DNA from: Miltoncostaeaceae bacterium
GTDB taxonomy: Bacteria > Actinomycetota > Thermoleophilia > Miltoncostaeales > Miltoncostaeaceae
NCBI GenBank assembly: GCA_030598075.1
Contig: JAUVQP010000001.1
Span: 1-31,504 of the forward strand
Length of the DNA stretch: 31,504 bases
Reading direction: 5' to 3'
Positions 22,086 through 31,348 of the stretch are shown piece by piece; the stretch's first letter is position 1; each line of letters starts with the position of its first letter. The notes below the pieces were generated by a model, which was not told the DNA's origin, made no database searches, and saw only the letters and a list, made by a program, of their open reading frames with translations. Position numbers and translations under genes: made by a program.

Positions 22086-23084
22086 TCAGCGTGGTAGATC
22101 GCGCGGATCGGCGACCCGCAACAGCAACTTTCCGGAGGTGCTGTTGGAGTCGAGGAGCCGGTGAGCGTCGCCGGCTCGCTCGAGGGGCATGACCCGGTCG
22201 ATCCGTGGTCGGAGCACTCCGCTCGCCAGCAGCGGCAGGCCCCAGCCACCGAACTGCGACACCAGGCGCGCCTTCTCGTCGTGGCCAAGCGGGCGCAGCA
22301 GGGACCCGACGACGGTCGCGCCCAGTCGCATGAGTGCCGCCAGGTCCACTGACGCGCGACCGCCCCCGAGCAGGCCCACGACGGAGATCCGTCCGCCCGG
22401 CGCGAGGGAGGCCACCGTCTCGTCCCAATAGGACGCCCCGACGAGGTCCAGAACCACGTCGGCTCCGCCCCCGAGCGCCTCGATCGTGCGCGCGGCGAAG
22501 AGCCCGTCCGCCTCCACGAGGATCGGCACGGCTCCGAGCCCACGCACGACCGAGCGCTTCGCCGCCGTGCGCACCGTGCCCGCGACCGTTGCCCCGCGGG
22601 CCCGCGCGATCTGGATCGCCGCCGTGCCGACGCCCGACGCGGCTGCGTGGATCAACACGCGCCGCTTCGGCGCCACCGGGGTGAGCTGCGCCAGCGTCCT
22701 GAACGCGGTCAGGAAGGCCTCGGGGACGCCGGCCGCCTCGAGGAGTGAGAGGCCCGCGGGGACGGGGAGGGTGTGCGCGGCGGGGACGACCACGAGCTCG
22801 GCGTAGCCGCCTCCGGCGAGCAGGGCCATCGCGGGGTCCCCGACGCTCCAGGCGTCGACCCTCTCTCCGACGGCCACCACCACGCCCGCGACCTCGAGAC
22901 CGATGATCTCGCTGGCCCCGGGGGGCGGGGGGTAGAGCCCCTCGCGCTGAAGGAGGTCCGCGCGGTTGACCCCGGCCGCCACGACGCGGACGAGAAGGTC
23001 GTCCGGCCCCGGCGTGGGGTCGGCCAATTCCTGCAGCCGCAGGACCTCCGGCCCGCCGGGCTCGGCCGCGACGATTGCCCTCAT
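22086..23084 (-). CDS. NAD(P)H:quinone oxidoreductase (PIG3/zeta-crystallin, MDR family)
   Basis: [50 protein letters not shown]. Confidence 0.93.
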   Translation of the reverse strand: MRAIVAAEPGGPEVLRLQELADPTPGPDDLLVRVVAAGVNRADLLQREGLYPPPPGASEIIGLEVAGVVVAVGERVDAWSVGDPAMALLAGGGYAELVVVPAAHTLPVPAGLSLLEAAGVPEAFLTAFRTLAQLTPVAPKRRVLIHAAASGVGTAAIQIARARGATVAGTVRTAAKRSVVRGLGAVPILVEADGLFAARTIEALGGGADVVLDLVGASYWDETVASLAPGGRISVVGLLGGGRASVDLAALMRLGATVVGSLLRPLGHDEKARLVSQFGGWGLPLLASGVLRPRIDRVMPLERAGDAHRLLDSNSTSGKLLLRVADPRDLPR

Positions 23085-23260
23085 CCGCCGCGCGCCCGGT
23101 TGATGACGATCGCCACGATCACGCCGACCGCCGCGCCGACGGCCGTGGCGGCGGGCGATCCCGTCGCGAAGGCCGCCACCGTCCCGACGGCAAGGCCGAA
23201 GGCCGCGCCGTAGGAGGCCCAGGTCAGCCGCCGCATCGCGTTGGGACGGCGGGAACTCAC
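23081..23260 (-). CDS. Small two-TM membrane protein (about 51-59 aa; absent from ORF track)
   Basis: Hand translation (MSSRRPNA)[51 protein letters not shown]; its TGA overlaps the oxidoreductase ATG; TATCCT 8 nt upstream of GTG 23260. Confidence 0.7.
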   Translation of the reverse strand: MSSRRPNAMRRLTWASYGAAFGLAVGTVAAFATGSPAATAVGAAVGVIVAIVINRARGG

Positions 23261-23452
23261 CGTCGCCGAGGATAGCGTGGACGATCGCCGACCGCGCCCC
23301 GATCCACGGGCGGGCGCCGGGCGCCGGGCGCGGGTGCCCGCACGAACAGCCTCGCCGAGGACGTGATCGGCCTCCGACTCACTCTGCGGGGGATCACAGA
23401 GCCATCGAGAGTTGACCAGGATTGGGCCTCCGGATAGCTTGGCGGCGAGGCA

Positions 23453-25858
23453 ATGGCCACCGAAGGCGAATCGTTGAGGCTACGCCACCGGCGAGCGATC
23501 TTGGGAGGCGTCACCCTCGCGGTCGCCTTGAGCCTGCCGTTGGCCGACGCGGGCGCCTTCGGAACACCGGATATTCCAGCCAACCTCCCCTTCGGGCCGC
23601 AGAACCGCGAGCACGAACGCATGACGCGTGCCGCCCTCGCCTGCCCACCGGGAACGCCCTCGGACGGGACCTGCTTCGAGCCGCTCTCGATCGACCAACT
23701 GGCGGGCAAGAAGCGCACCAACGGCGGTGTGGGTGCCCCCGACTTCCCGCCGCCGGACAAGTGGTACACCCACTGCGACGACGCCGACTACGTCAACGCG
23801 GGTCTCTATCCGGGCGTGGCCACCTACCCGGTAACGCGGGCGGACGCCAGCAAACGGCTGCGCAGGTGCCGCAAAGAGCTCGTCACGCGGTTCAAGCAGG
23901 GGCTCAGGGCGGCGCCCGCCCTGCTCGACGCGGCCGGCCGGATCAAGCCGGGCGACGTCGACATCACCCCGAGCTGCACCTTCCTCGGGGGCTTCAGCGG
24001 GGCGGCGAAGTGCAACGTGTTCGACGGTTTCGGCCGCTCCCTGCACGGCGTTCAGGACTTCTACTCGCACTCGAACTGGTCCGACGGACGGGTGCCCCGC
24101 CACCTTGTGACGACGGCCAACCCGCCGGGCCTCGCCCGGCGCACGATCACCCCGTTTCTCGACCTCCGGCAAACGAGTGCGCCGGCGATCCCGAATGAGC
24201 TCAGCACGGGCTGCTTCAGCCTTTTCGAGAAGAACCTCAGACGCAGCGACGGATGCATAGTGGGTGGGAGGCGCAGTAAGAGCAGGGCCGGCAAGATAAT
24301 CGGCGGGGTTCGGCGCGTCGTTCATGCCAACTTGCAGAAGGACGCCGGCATGATCGACCCGGCAACCGGGGCGGCGACCGCCCCGCAGACGCGCCGCGGC
24401 AAGGTGGGAACCAACTTCGCCAACGCCGTGAGGCTCACCATCGCCGACACGCAACGCCAGTGGAGCGACCTCCGCTCCGAGTTGGTTCGGCTCAACGGCC
24501 CACGAAACGGGAACCTCATGATCTGCGCGCTCACGCGCGACGACCCGGTGCGCGACTGCCAAGGGCGCAAGCTCGCGATCGTCGTCGACAGCTCCGGCTC
24601 CAACACGAGCACCGACCCGAGCAACCTGCGAATCGCGGCCGCCATGCGGTTCAACCAAAACCTCATCTCGCAGGCCGAGGCAGGCCCCGGCGGCGTTCCC
24701 GACCGCAGCGCGGTGGTCGACTTCGACTCGAGCGCCTCGGTGATCTCGCCGCTTGCCGACCCCGACGCGGCGAGCTTCGGCGGCATCGACTCCAGCGGCG
24801 GCACCAACATCGCCTCGGGCGTCGACGCGGCCGTCGCGGAGCTCACGAAGGATCCTGCCGACCCCACCGCGAACCGGAGCGGCATCGTCATACTGACGGA
24901 CGGCCAGGACTCCGATCGCGCGGCGCTCATCGCCGCCATCGGGCGGGCCACCGGGTTGGGCATCCGCATCAGCGAGGGCTTCCTCCGGCCGCCGGCGAAT
25001 CCGGTGCCGGCGAGCGCGAGCGAGTTCCAGGTCGACGACGCGCCCCCGGACCTCGTGGCGGCCATCCTGGCCTCGGGCGGCTTCTTCGGCGTGATCGACT
25101 CCGCCGAGTCGCAGGCGGCCTTCGTCAGCGTCGTCGAGGCGCGCGGAGCCACCGCCCTCGACGATCCGGACGGGCCCGGCGACGGCGGTCGGCTCGCCGA
25201 CGGCGTCGGCGTCACGGCTCTCGCCGAGAACGGTCGGACCGACACCTTCGCCTTCGAGGCCTCGCGAGGCCGCGTCCTCGACGTCTCGGTGGCGTCGCTG
25301 TCCGGCCAGCCGCTCCGGGCGCGCGTGAGAGACGTCCGCACCGGCAAGTTGGTGGGCCGGGGGTCGGCGAGCGGCACGACGCCGGCTGAGATCAGGGCGC
25401 GTCCCCGCCGGGCGTCGTCGCTGGAGGTCCACGTGATCGGCGGTGGAGCCGGCGGGCCGTACGAGGTGAGCGTCGCCGAACAGGGTGTCGACCTCCCCGG
25501 CACCCGCAGGCGCAACACTCTGCGCTGCGGAGACGTTCCCACGTTCGTCGACGCCCGAGGCGGCAACGACCTCGTGACCTGCGGGTCGGGCGACGACATG
25601 ATCGTCGGCGGGCGCGGTCGCGACACGCTGCGGGGCCGCGACGGCGATGACATCTTCCAAATCCGCAACTCCGATCTGCACCGAGGCACCGAGCGCATCA
25701 ACGGCGGCGCAGGCACCGACCTCGTCGAGTTCTCCGGCCGGCTCCGGGCGGGAAGCACACGCTGCGTGCCGGGGCGGCAGGTCGCCTTCCGGCAGGGGGC
25801 GGCGCGATGGGTCATTCAGAACGTCGAGCGCATCACCTTCGCGGGGCGGCCCTGCTGA
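23453..25858 (+). CDS. Secreted CinY/HET-C/VWA7-like Zn-PLC-fold + vWA + beta-sandwich + RTX-repeat protein
   Basis: Signal peptide ending ADAGA|FG; EHERMTRAALAC, HCDDAD, FGRSLHGVQDFYSHSNW; MIDAS DSSGS..GGTN..LTDG; GGNDLV/GGRGRDTL/GGAGTDLV repeats. Confidence 0.85.
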   Translation: MATEGESLRLRHRRAILGGVTLAVALSLPLADAGAFGTPDIPANLPFGPQNREHERMTRAALACPPGTPSDGTCFEPLSIDQLAGKKRTNGGVGAPDFPPPDKWYTHCDDADYVNAGLYPGVATYPVTRADASKRLRRCRKELVTRFKQGLRAAPALLDAAGRIKPGDVDITPSCTFLGGFSGAAKCNVFDGFGRSLHGVQDFYSHSNWSDGRVPRHLVTTANPPGLARRTITPFLDLRQTSAPAIPNELSTGCFSLFEKNLRRSDGCIVGGRRSKSRAGKIIGGVRRVVHANLQKDAGMIDPATGAATAPQTRRGKVGTNFANAVRLTIADTQRQWSDLRSELVRLNGPRNGNLMICALTRDDPVRDCQGRKLAIVVDSSGSNTSTDPSNLRIAAAMRFNQNLISQAEAGPGGVPDRSAVVDFDSSASVISPLADPDAASFGGIDSSGGTNIASGVDAAVAELTKDPADPTANRSGIVILTDGQDSDRAALIAAIGRATGLGIRISEGFLRPPANPVPASASEFQVDDAPPDLVAAILASGGFFGVIDSAESQAAFVSVVEARGATALDDPDGPGDGGRLADGVGVTALAENGRTDTFAFEASRGRVLDVSVASLSGQPLRARVRDVRTGKLVGRGSASGTTPAEIRARPRRASSLEVHVIGGGAGGPYEVSVAEQGVDLPGTRRRNTLRCGDVPTFVDARGGNDLVTCGSGDDMIVGGRGRDTLRGRDGDDIFQIRNSDLHRGTERINGGAGTDLVEFSGRLRAGSTRCVPGRQVAFRQGAARWVIQNVERITFAGRPC

Positions 25859-25969
25859 CCGCTTGACGATCTGGCCCCGGCCGGAGCAGAAGAGGGATCA
25901 TGGCCTTGGGCGTCGGCCCCGAGGCGGCGCCGGTCTCGACGTGCGCGCGGGAGATCGCGCCTGCGGGCC

Positions 25970-26743
25970 CTATCCGGATGCGCTGAGCGCCAGGGTCTCG
26001 CCGTCAGCGGGCACGTGGACGCGATCGCCCACGCCCGCCGCGTCGGCCGCGTCGCGCACCGCGGCACGCGGCTCGACGCAGTGGTTGATCGCCTCCATGT
26101 GAACCGCGATGACGAGGGCGTCCGGCGCGGCCTCGGCGACGGCCACGACATCGGCCGCGTTCATCGTGATCGGCTCCGTACCGACGAACTGAGGGGCCCC
26201 CGCGTTGACGACGATCACATCGGGCCGGTGCCCCTCGATGATCTCCGCCACGTCGTCGCACCATACGCTGTCGCCCGCGACGTAGAGAGTCGGGCAGCCG
26301 TCGGCGGCCAGCACGAGGCCGAGCACGGGGCCCATCTCCCTCGCGATGGCACCGTGCCCGTGCTGTCCCCAGGTCGGCGTGACGGTCAGCGCTCCGATCA
26401 TGGTGGGCTCCGCGAGGGGCTGCGGACGAAGTCCCGCCCGGCTGAGGGCCGGCGCCTCCCGCTCCTGGCAGAGCACCGGCGGCCCGCCGACGAGCGCTGT
26501 GGCGCCCTCCCGGTCGAGGTGGTCGGGGTGCAGGTGCGTCACGACAGCGGCGTCCAGGTCCGCGACCAGCGACGCGGCCGACATCGGAAGGTCGACCAGC
26601 GGGTTGGGAACCTGGTTCGGTGTCTCCGGGATCGCGGGCTGCGAGCGGGCCGGCCCGAGCATCGGGTCGATCAGCAGCCGGGTGTCGGCCATGGCGACGT
26701 GGAGCGTGGCGTGCCGGGCGAGGGTCAGGCGGAGCTCGGACAT
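25970..26743 (-). CDS. Metallo-beta-lactamase-fold hydrolase
   Basis: LLIDPML, THLHPDHLD, HGHG, LYVAGDSVW, AVHMEAINHC. Confidence 0.92.
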   Translation of the reverse strand: MSELRLTLARHATLHVAMADTRLLIDPMLGPARSQPAIPETPNQVPNPLVDLPMSAASLVADLDAAVVTHLHPDHLDREGATALVGGPPVLCQEREAPALSRAGLRPQPLAEPTMIGALTVTPTWGQHGHGAIAREMGPVLGLVLAADGCPTLYVAGDSVWCDDVAEIIEGHRPDVIVVNAGAPQFVGTEPITMNAADVVAVAEAAPDALVIAVHMEAINHCVEPRAAVRDAADAAGVGDRVHVPADGETLALSASG

Positions 26744-27045
26744 GGGCGACCGCAGGGACGGGGGAGGGGCCGGCGTCCATCATCGCAGGACGGCCGGAGC
26801 GTCGCCCCCGGCGGACGGGTTCGCGCGGCGGGTTTCCCGCCGAGGCCCGGGCGGTGCGCACGGATGGCGCCAACGGCGAGCGGCGCGAGTATGGGAGTTA
26901 CCGCACGACGTGCGTCCGCTCGAAGGCGAGAAAGCCATGGCGGACCCGAGCGAGAAGCTTGCTCTGGCGGACCGGCGTCGCGATTCCCCGAGTGGCGGTC
27001 ACGCGGGCGCTGGCCGGCGAAGGCACTGAAGGTGAGGGGGGATGC

Positions 27046-27312
27046 ATGACTCGACCGGAGAAACAGCTCAGCATCGAGGAGATCTGCGCTGAGCTCCACG
27101 ACAAGAACGTGGAGGACGTCTCACTCGGGATCACGTGGTCCACGTCGATCGACGAGCAGGTGCTCGGGCTCCTCTGCGGCGGGATTCCGGTCGAGGAGGC
27201 CGCTGCGCAGCTGGGCGTGAGCGTCCGGGACGCCAGGGCCTCGTACGAGCGGCTGAGGGAGCAGGTCGTGCAGCGACGGTGGACCGAGGATCGGCGCAAG
27301 GAGTCGGCCTGA
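27046..27312 (+). CDS. Small protein with C-terminal LuxR/sigma4-like HTH
   Basis: GAGGGGG SD; DEQVLGLLCGGIPVEEAAAQLGVSVRDARASYERL resembles a LuxR-type HTH. Confidence 0.6.
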   Translation: MTRPEKQLSIEEICAELHDKNVEDVSLGITWSTSIDEQVLGLLCGGIPVEEAAAQLGVSVRDARASYERLREQVVQRRWTEDRRKESA

Positions 27313-27542
27313 CCGATCTCGCTCGCGCGCGCCCTCGACGTGCGCCGCGGACTCGGCCGCGCGATCAGCCTCGGCGCGGTGGAAGGGGAGGCGCGGCCTC
27401 GGGCGCCTACGCGCTCCGGCACTCGGGTGGTGTAGCCTCGCGCCAGTCCTGAGGACGGCTGCGTGATCGGCGCGTGCTCCTCACATGCGGCGCAGCCGTC
27501 CCGCTTCCCCGGGCAGTCGACACCATCGAGTGGGGTGTGCCC

Positions 27543-28433
27543 ATGGCGAGCTATGTCATCGAGACCGACGGGCTCACCAAGCAATGGGGCGATCTGGTTG
27601 CGGTCAACGAGTTGACCATCGCGATCGAGCGAGGCGAGTGCTACGCCTTCCTCGGTCGCAACGGCTCCGGGAAATCGACGACCGCGCGAATGCTGCTGGA
27701 CTTCATTCGCCCGACGCGCGGGTCCGCGCGCGTGCTCGGAGGGTCGGGCGCGGACCCGGCGGTGCGCGCCCGGGTCGGCTATCTGCCCGGCGATCTCAAC
27801 CTCGCGAGATCGATGACCGGTCGCGACGCGATCGAGTTCTTCGGATCGCTCGGCCCCGCGCCGGATCGGTCGGTGGTCGACTCGCTGGTCGAGCGGTTCG
27901 CTCTCGATCCCTCGCGGCCGGTGCATGAGCTGAGCACGGGCAACCGGCGGAAGGTCGGCCTGGTGCTGGCCTTCATGGGCGACCCGGAGCTGCTCATCCT
28001 CGACGAGCCGACGAGTGGTCTGGACCCCGTGCTCCAAGAGGAGTTCCGTGACCTCGTCGCAGAGAGGAAGGCCGCCGGCGTCACCATTTGGCTCACGTCC
28101 CACGTCATGGCGGAGGTCGAGCGGGTCGCCGATCGCGTGGGGCTCATCGGGGACGGAAAGCTGGCCCGGGAGCTCACGATGGCCGACCTGCGGCGCCAGA
28201 GCACCGGGCGCATCGTGTTCAGCTTCGACGGCCCCCGTCCGGCGTCGGCCTTCTCCGAGCTGCCGGGTGTCACGAGCGCCGAGGCCGAGGGCAGCGACGT
28301 GGCGGTCACCGTCGACGGGTCGACGGCCGCGGTGCTCCGCAAGGCGGGGGAGATGGGGGCGAGCGCCGTCCAGACGGAGCGGCGCGACCTCGACGACATC
28401 TTCCTCGAGCTCTTCGAGCACACGCAGTCATGA
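27543..28433 (+). CDS. ABC transporter ATP-binding protein (ABC-2/drug-export type)
   Basis: GRNGSGKST, LSTGNRRK, LILDEPTSGLDP, LTSH. Confidence 0.95.
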   Translation: MASYVIETDGLTKQWGDLVAVNELTIAIERGECYAFLGRNGSGKSTTARMLLDFIRPTRGSARVLGGSGADPAVRARVGYLPGDLNLARSMTGRDAIEFFGSLGPAPDRSVVDSLVERFALDPSRPVHELSTGNRRKVGLVLAFMGDPELLILDEPTSGLDPVLQEEFRDLVAERKAAGVTIWLTSHVMAEVERVADRVGLIGDGKLARELTMADLRRQSTGRIVFSFDGPRPASAFSELPGVTSAEAEGSDVAVTVDGSTAAVLRKAGEMGASAVQTERRDLDDIFLELFEHTQS

Positions 28434-29281
28434 ACGCCGGCCGCGTGGCCCACATCTATCGGCAGTGGTTTCGGGCCCGGCTTCTCTCCACGATCGCGTG
28501 GGCCGTCGGCCTGATCGCGGTGGTAACGCTGACGGCCGCGTTCTACCCCTCGCTGAAAGACATCTTCAACAACGTCGGGCAGGGCAGCGGCCTCGAGTCC
28601 TTCCTCGGCCTCTCCGGAGCTATCGATCCCTCGTCGCCGCTCGGCTTCCTCTGGTCCAACCTCTACTCCAACATCGTCCCGTGGATCATGATGGCGCTTG
28701 GCATCGCAATCGGTGCCGCGGCCATCGCCGGCGACGAAGAGAAGGGCACGCTCGAGTACCTGCTATCGAGGCCGGCTCAGCGCGCAGAGGTGGTCGTCGC
28801 CCGTTTTGCGGTCCTGCTAACGGTCCTCCTCCTGGTCGCTCTGGTCGTGGGCATCGCTCTCGCCGCGGTGGCCCCGCTGTTCGAGCTGACGACGGCCACC
28901 ACGACGACCGCGGCCGACGGCGCGAGCGTCACCAACCCGGGCGTGTCGGTCGGAGACATCGCGGCCGGCACGTTCGCCGCCCTGGCCGTCGGCATCGGCA
29001 CCGGCTCGATCGCCTTCCTCCTCGGGGCGGCCATCGGTCGGCACGGCGTGGCGGTCGGCGTGACGTCGGGGTACGCGATCGCGGGGTACCTGCTCTACAC
29101 GCTCTCGAACGTCACCGGCAGCCTCGGGTTCCTAACCTGGATCTCACCCTGGCGCTGGTACGTGCACGACGCCATGCTCATCACGGGGCTCGACTGGGAT
29201 GTGCTGCTCCCGTTCGGGCTCGCGACGATCTGCTTTGCCGCAGGCTGGTTTTTCTTCCAGCGGCGAGATCTTCGAAGCTAG
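28430..29281 (+). CDS. ABC-2 type permease
   Basis: About six TM segments, AIAGDEEKGTLEYLLSRPAQR motif; ATGA overlap with ATPase. Confidence 0.9.
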   Translation: MNAGRVAHIYRQWFRARLLSTIAWAVGLIAVVTLTAAFYPSLKDIFNNVGQGSGLESFLGLSGAIDPSSPLGFLWSNLYSNIVPWIMMALGIAIGAAAIAGDEEKGTLEYLLSRPAQRAEVVVARFAVLLTVLLLVALVVGIALAAVAPLFELTTATTTTAADGASVTNPGVSVGDIAAGTFAALAVGIGTGSIAFLLGAAIGRHGVAVGVTSGYAIAGYLLYTLSNVTGSLGFLTWISPWRWYVHDAMLITGLDWDVLLPFGLATICFAAGWFFFQRRDLRS

Positions 29282-29441
29282 TGCCGTGTCAGGGAACCAT
29301 GGCGTGTTCTGGCCGCGAAAACCCCGCGGGGCAAGGACGCAGCGTCATAGCCATGGTTGAGCCCATGGCTATGACCGAGGACACCGCATCCGCGATGGTT
29401 TGCAGCGAGGAAGAACGGGGCAAAGGTTTCCTGACACGGCA
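29282..29441. mobile_element. 160-bp MITE-like element, copy 2 (inverted relative to copy 1)
   Basis: Same TIRs, CTAG at 29278-29281 and 29442-29445; 3 substitutions relative to copy 1. Confidence 0.9.
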
Positions 29442-29725
29442 CTAGGGACGTGCGCGAGCGCCCCCAGCCCCCCTTTGACTTAAGGGCGCATTCCGCTCGG
29501 GGAGCCCCCGCATCGCCGGACGGCCCGGTCGTCCGCGCGGAGCGGGCATCTCATACGCGCCATGGGGCCAGCCCACAACGACAGGCACCGGGGGGGGGTC
29601 GCATTCGCACAGAAGGGAAACGGCGGCGATACCTACAGCGGCTGTCTCACGGAAGGCGGCGGGGGATGTGCACCGTGGGCGCGGTTGACCCCGGCTCCGG
29701 AGCGTCCGACAATGCGGCGATCCTC

Positions 29726-30853
29726 ATGAGACGCGCTGTCTTCATCGGATCGCTGATAGCCAGGGTCGTGGTGGCCGCGGGGTCCGCCGGCGCTGCGGTC
29801 GGCGCCGAGGCGGTCTTCTCCGACCCGAAATGGATCTTCGATCCCGAGGGGAACAACTTCACGCGCGGTGCCTATGCCTGCGGGCTCACCGGTGAGGGGT
29901 GCGCGGACGGGGGCTCCATCGCCGAGCAGGCCACGTACTGGTGCAAGACCCCTCGGATCGACTCAGGACTACTGCCGGACGGCAGCCCGCGCCCCCTGTG
30001 GGTGCGCAACGCCGGCCCCGCGGTGAGCTTCGACAGGTTCGATCCGGCCAGGACGCTCGTCCGCCCGGCCGGGGCCGACGAGCTCTGGAGGGGCCACAAC
30101 CTCGTAAACCTCGACAAGTCGGGAAAGGGCAGCCAGTTCGGCCCGGCGATGGTCTTCTCGCAGATCGTGTGCCTGAGCGACGAGGTCACGGCGGTGCGCG
30201 GCAGCATCTCCATCAACGCTGACAAGGACACCGTCGGACGCGAGACCAGCCGGAACTTCGCAAATGTGCTCGGAGGTGGCTACGTCCCGGTGCACGCGCG
30301 CCTCCTGGGCACCTTCAAGGTCGAGGCGAAGCTACGACAGGCTGGCGATGCCCGGCCGTGGGAGGCGGAGATCAGCGGACTCCGCACGAACGGGGCCAAG
30401 TTCTCCGGCGCCGGCCTGTTCCGGGTGACGCTAAAACGGAAGAAGGATCGGCTGACGGCGGACGAGACCCTGGCGATTCGTTTCAGGGTGGAGCGACGCG
30501 GGCGCCGGGGCCGTGGAGCCAGCCTGGCCCACTTCGCCCTGCGCAAGAAACGGTCCCTGCTCCTTGATTCGCGGTTCGACGGCTGGGCCGTTGTGCAAAT
30601 TCGGGTCACCGGAGGCAACGCTTTCGGCCGTAGCTGCCGCGGGCAGTACGGCCGGCTCCAGGTGTTCGACACCCTGTCGAGCGATGGTGCCCCTGCCCCT
30701 ATCGGGCGCTTACCGCGCCGCGGCGACAGGCGACGCGATATCGACCGCGTCATCATTGCGGTCTGCGGGATCCGCGCTCAGACGTGGACAGCCGAGAGGA
30801 ACTTGCGCGGCCGCAGCCGGGTCAAGTTCTTCGCGACCGGCCTCAGAAGGTAG
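29726..30853 (+). CDS. Hypothetical secreted protein, Cys-containing, basic C-terminal half
   Basis: MRRAVFIGSLIARVVVAAGSAGAAVG signal-like N-terminus; ORF track start at 29450 looks like a non-coding extension. Confidence 0.6.
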   Translation: MRRAVFIGSLIARVVVAAGSAGAAVGAEAVFSDPKWIFDPEGNNFTRGAYACGLTGEGCADGGSIAEQATYWCKTPRIDSGLLPDGSPRPLWVRNAGPAVSFDRFDPARTLVRPAGADELWRGHNLVNLDKSGKGSQFGPAMVFSQIVCLSDEVTAVRGSISINADKDTVGRETSRNFANVLGGGYVPVHARLLGTFKVEAKLRQAGDARPWEAEISGLRTNGAKFSGAGLFRVTLKRKKDRLTADETLAIRFRVERRGRRGRGASLAHFALRKKRSLLLDSRFDGWAVVQIRVTGGNAFGRSCRGQYGRLQVFDTLSSDGAPAPIGRLPRRGDRRRDIDRVIIAVCGIRAQTWTAERNLRGRSRVKFFATGLRR

Positions 30854-30866
30854 CCGCCGACTCCGC

Positions 30867-31332
30867 TCACCGGTTGATCTCGACCAGCAGCACCCAGGCC
30901 CCGTCGACTGCCATGAGATACGACAGTGTGATCGCGCCGGCGAACACGTAGAGGCCGTCGGAGAACCCCACGGCGAGCATCGCCCCCGCAACGAGATACG
31001 CCGCCGCGATCAACTGCCCGAAGAGAAGGCGAGAGACGAACAAGGCCCGCGTTCCCGGAGGAATCGCCCCCCGGCCGGCAAGGGCGGCCCAGCTCGTTGC
31101 CATCCACGCAAGCGCACCTGCGAGGAGTACCCATAGCCCAGTCAGCCAGCGGGGCTGGTTGGGCACCAGGAGCAGTGACGAGGCGAGGAGCACGACGCCG
31201 AACATCGCAAGGGTCTCGATCGCGCGCTCGGGCAGCCCGCGGTATCGGAGCACTCGGTCGAGGTTGATCGACACCCCGATGAAGAGCAGGCTGAGCGGTG
31301 CGGCGGCAGCGCCGACGTTCGCAGCAAGATAG
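30867..31332 (-). pseudogene. Membrane protein gene, 5'-truncated by IS3 (possibly rescued by an IS-derived start at 31352)
   Basis: GAAAA.L.LLFIGVSINLDRVL..LPERAIETL, multiple TM segments; its N-terminal codons are IS sequence. Confidence 0.65.
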
Positions 31333-31348
31333 TGAACCGCCCCGGGTT

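Noticed and set aside
25550-25730. RTX toxin / type I secretion substrate
   Set aside because: The protein has an N-terminal signal peptide, no HlyB/HlyD genes are nearby, and such Ca-binding repeats are common in secreted proteins
29450-29725. N-terminal 92 codons of ORF 29450-30853
   Set aside because: Non-protein-like and precedes a clear signal peptide starting at ATG 29726; no known RNA motif recognised there either
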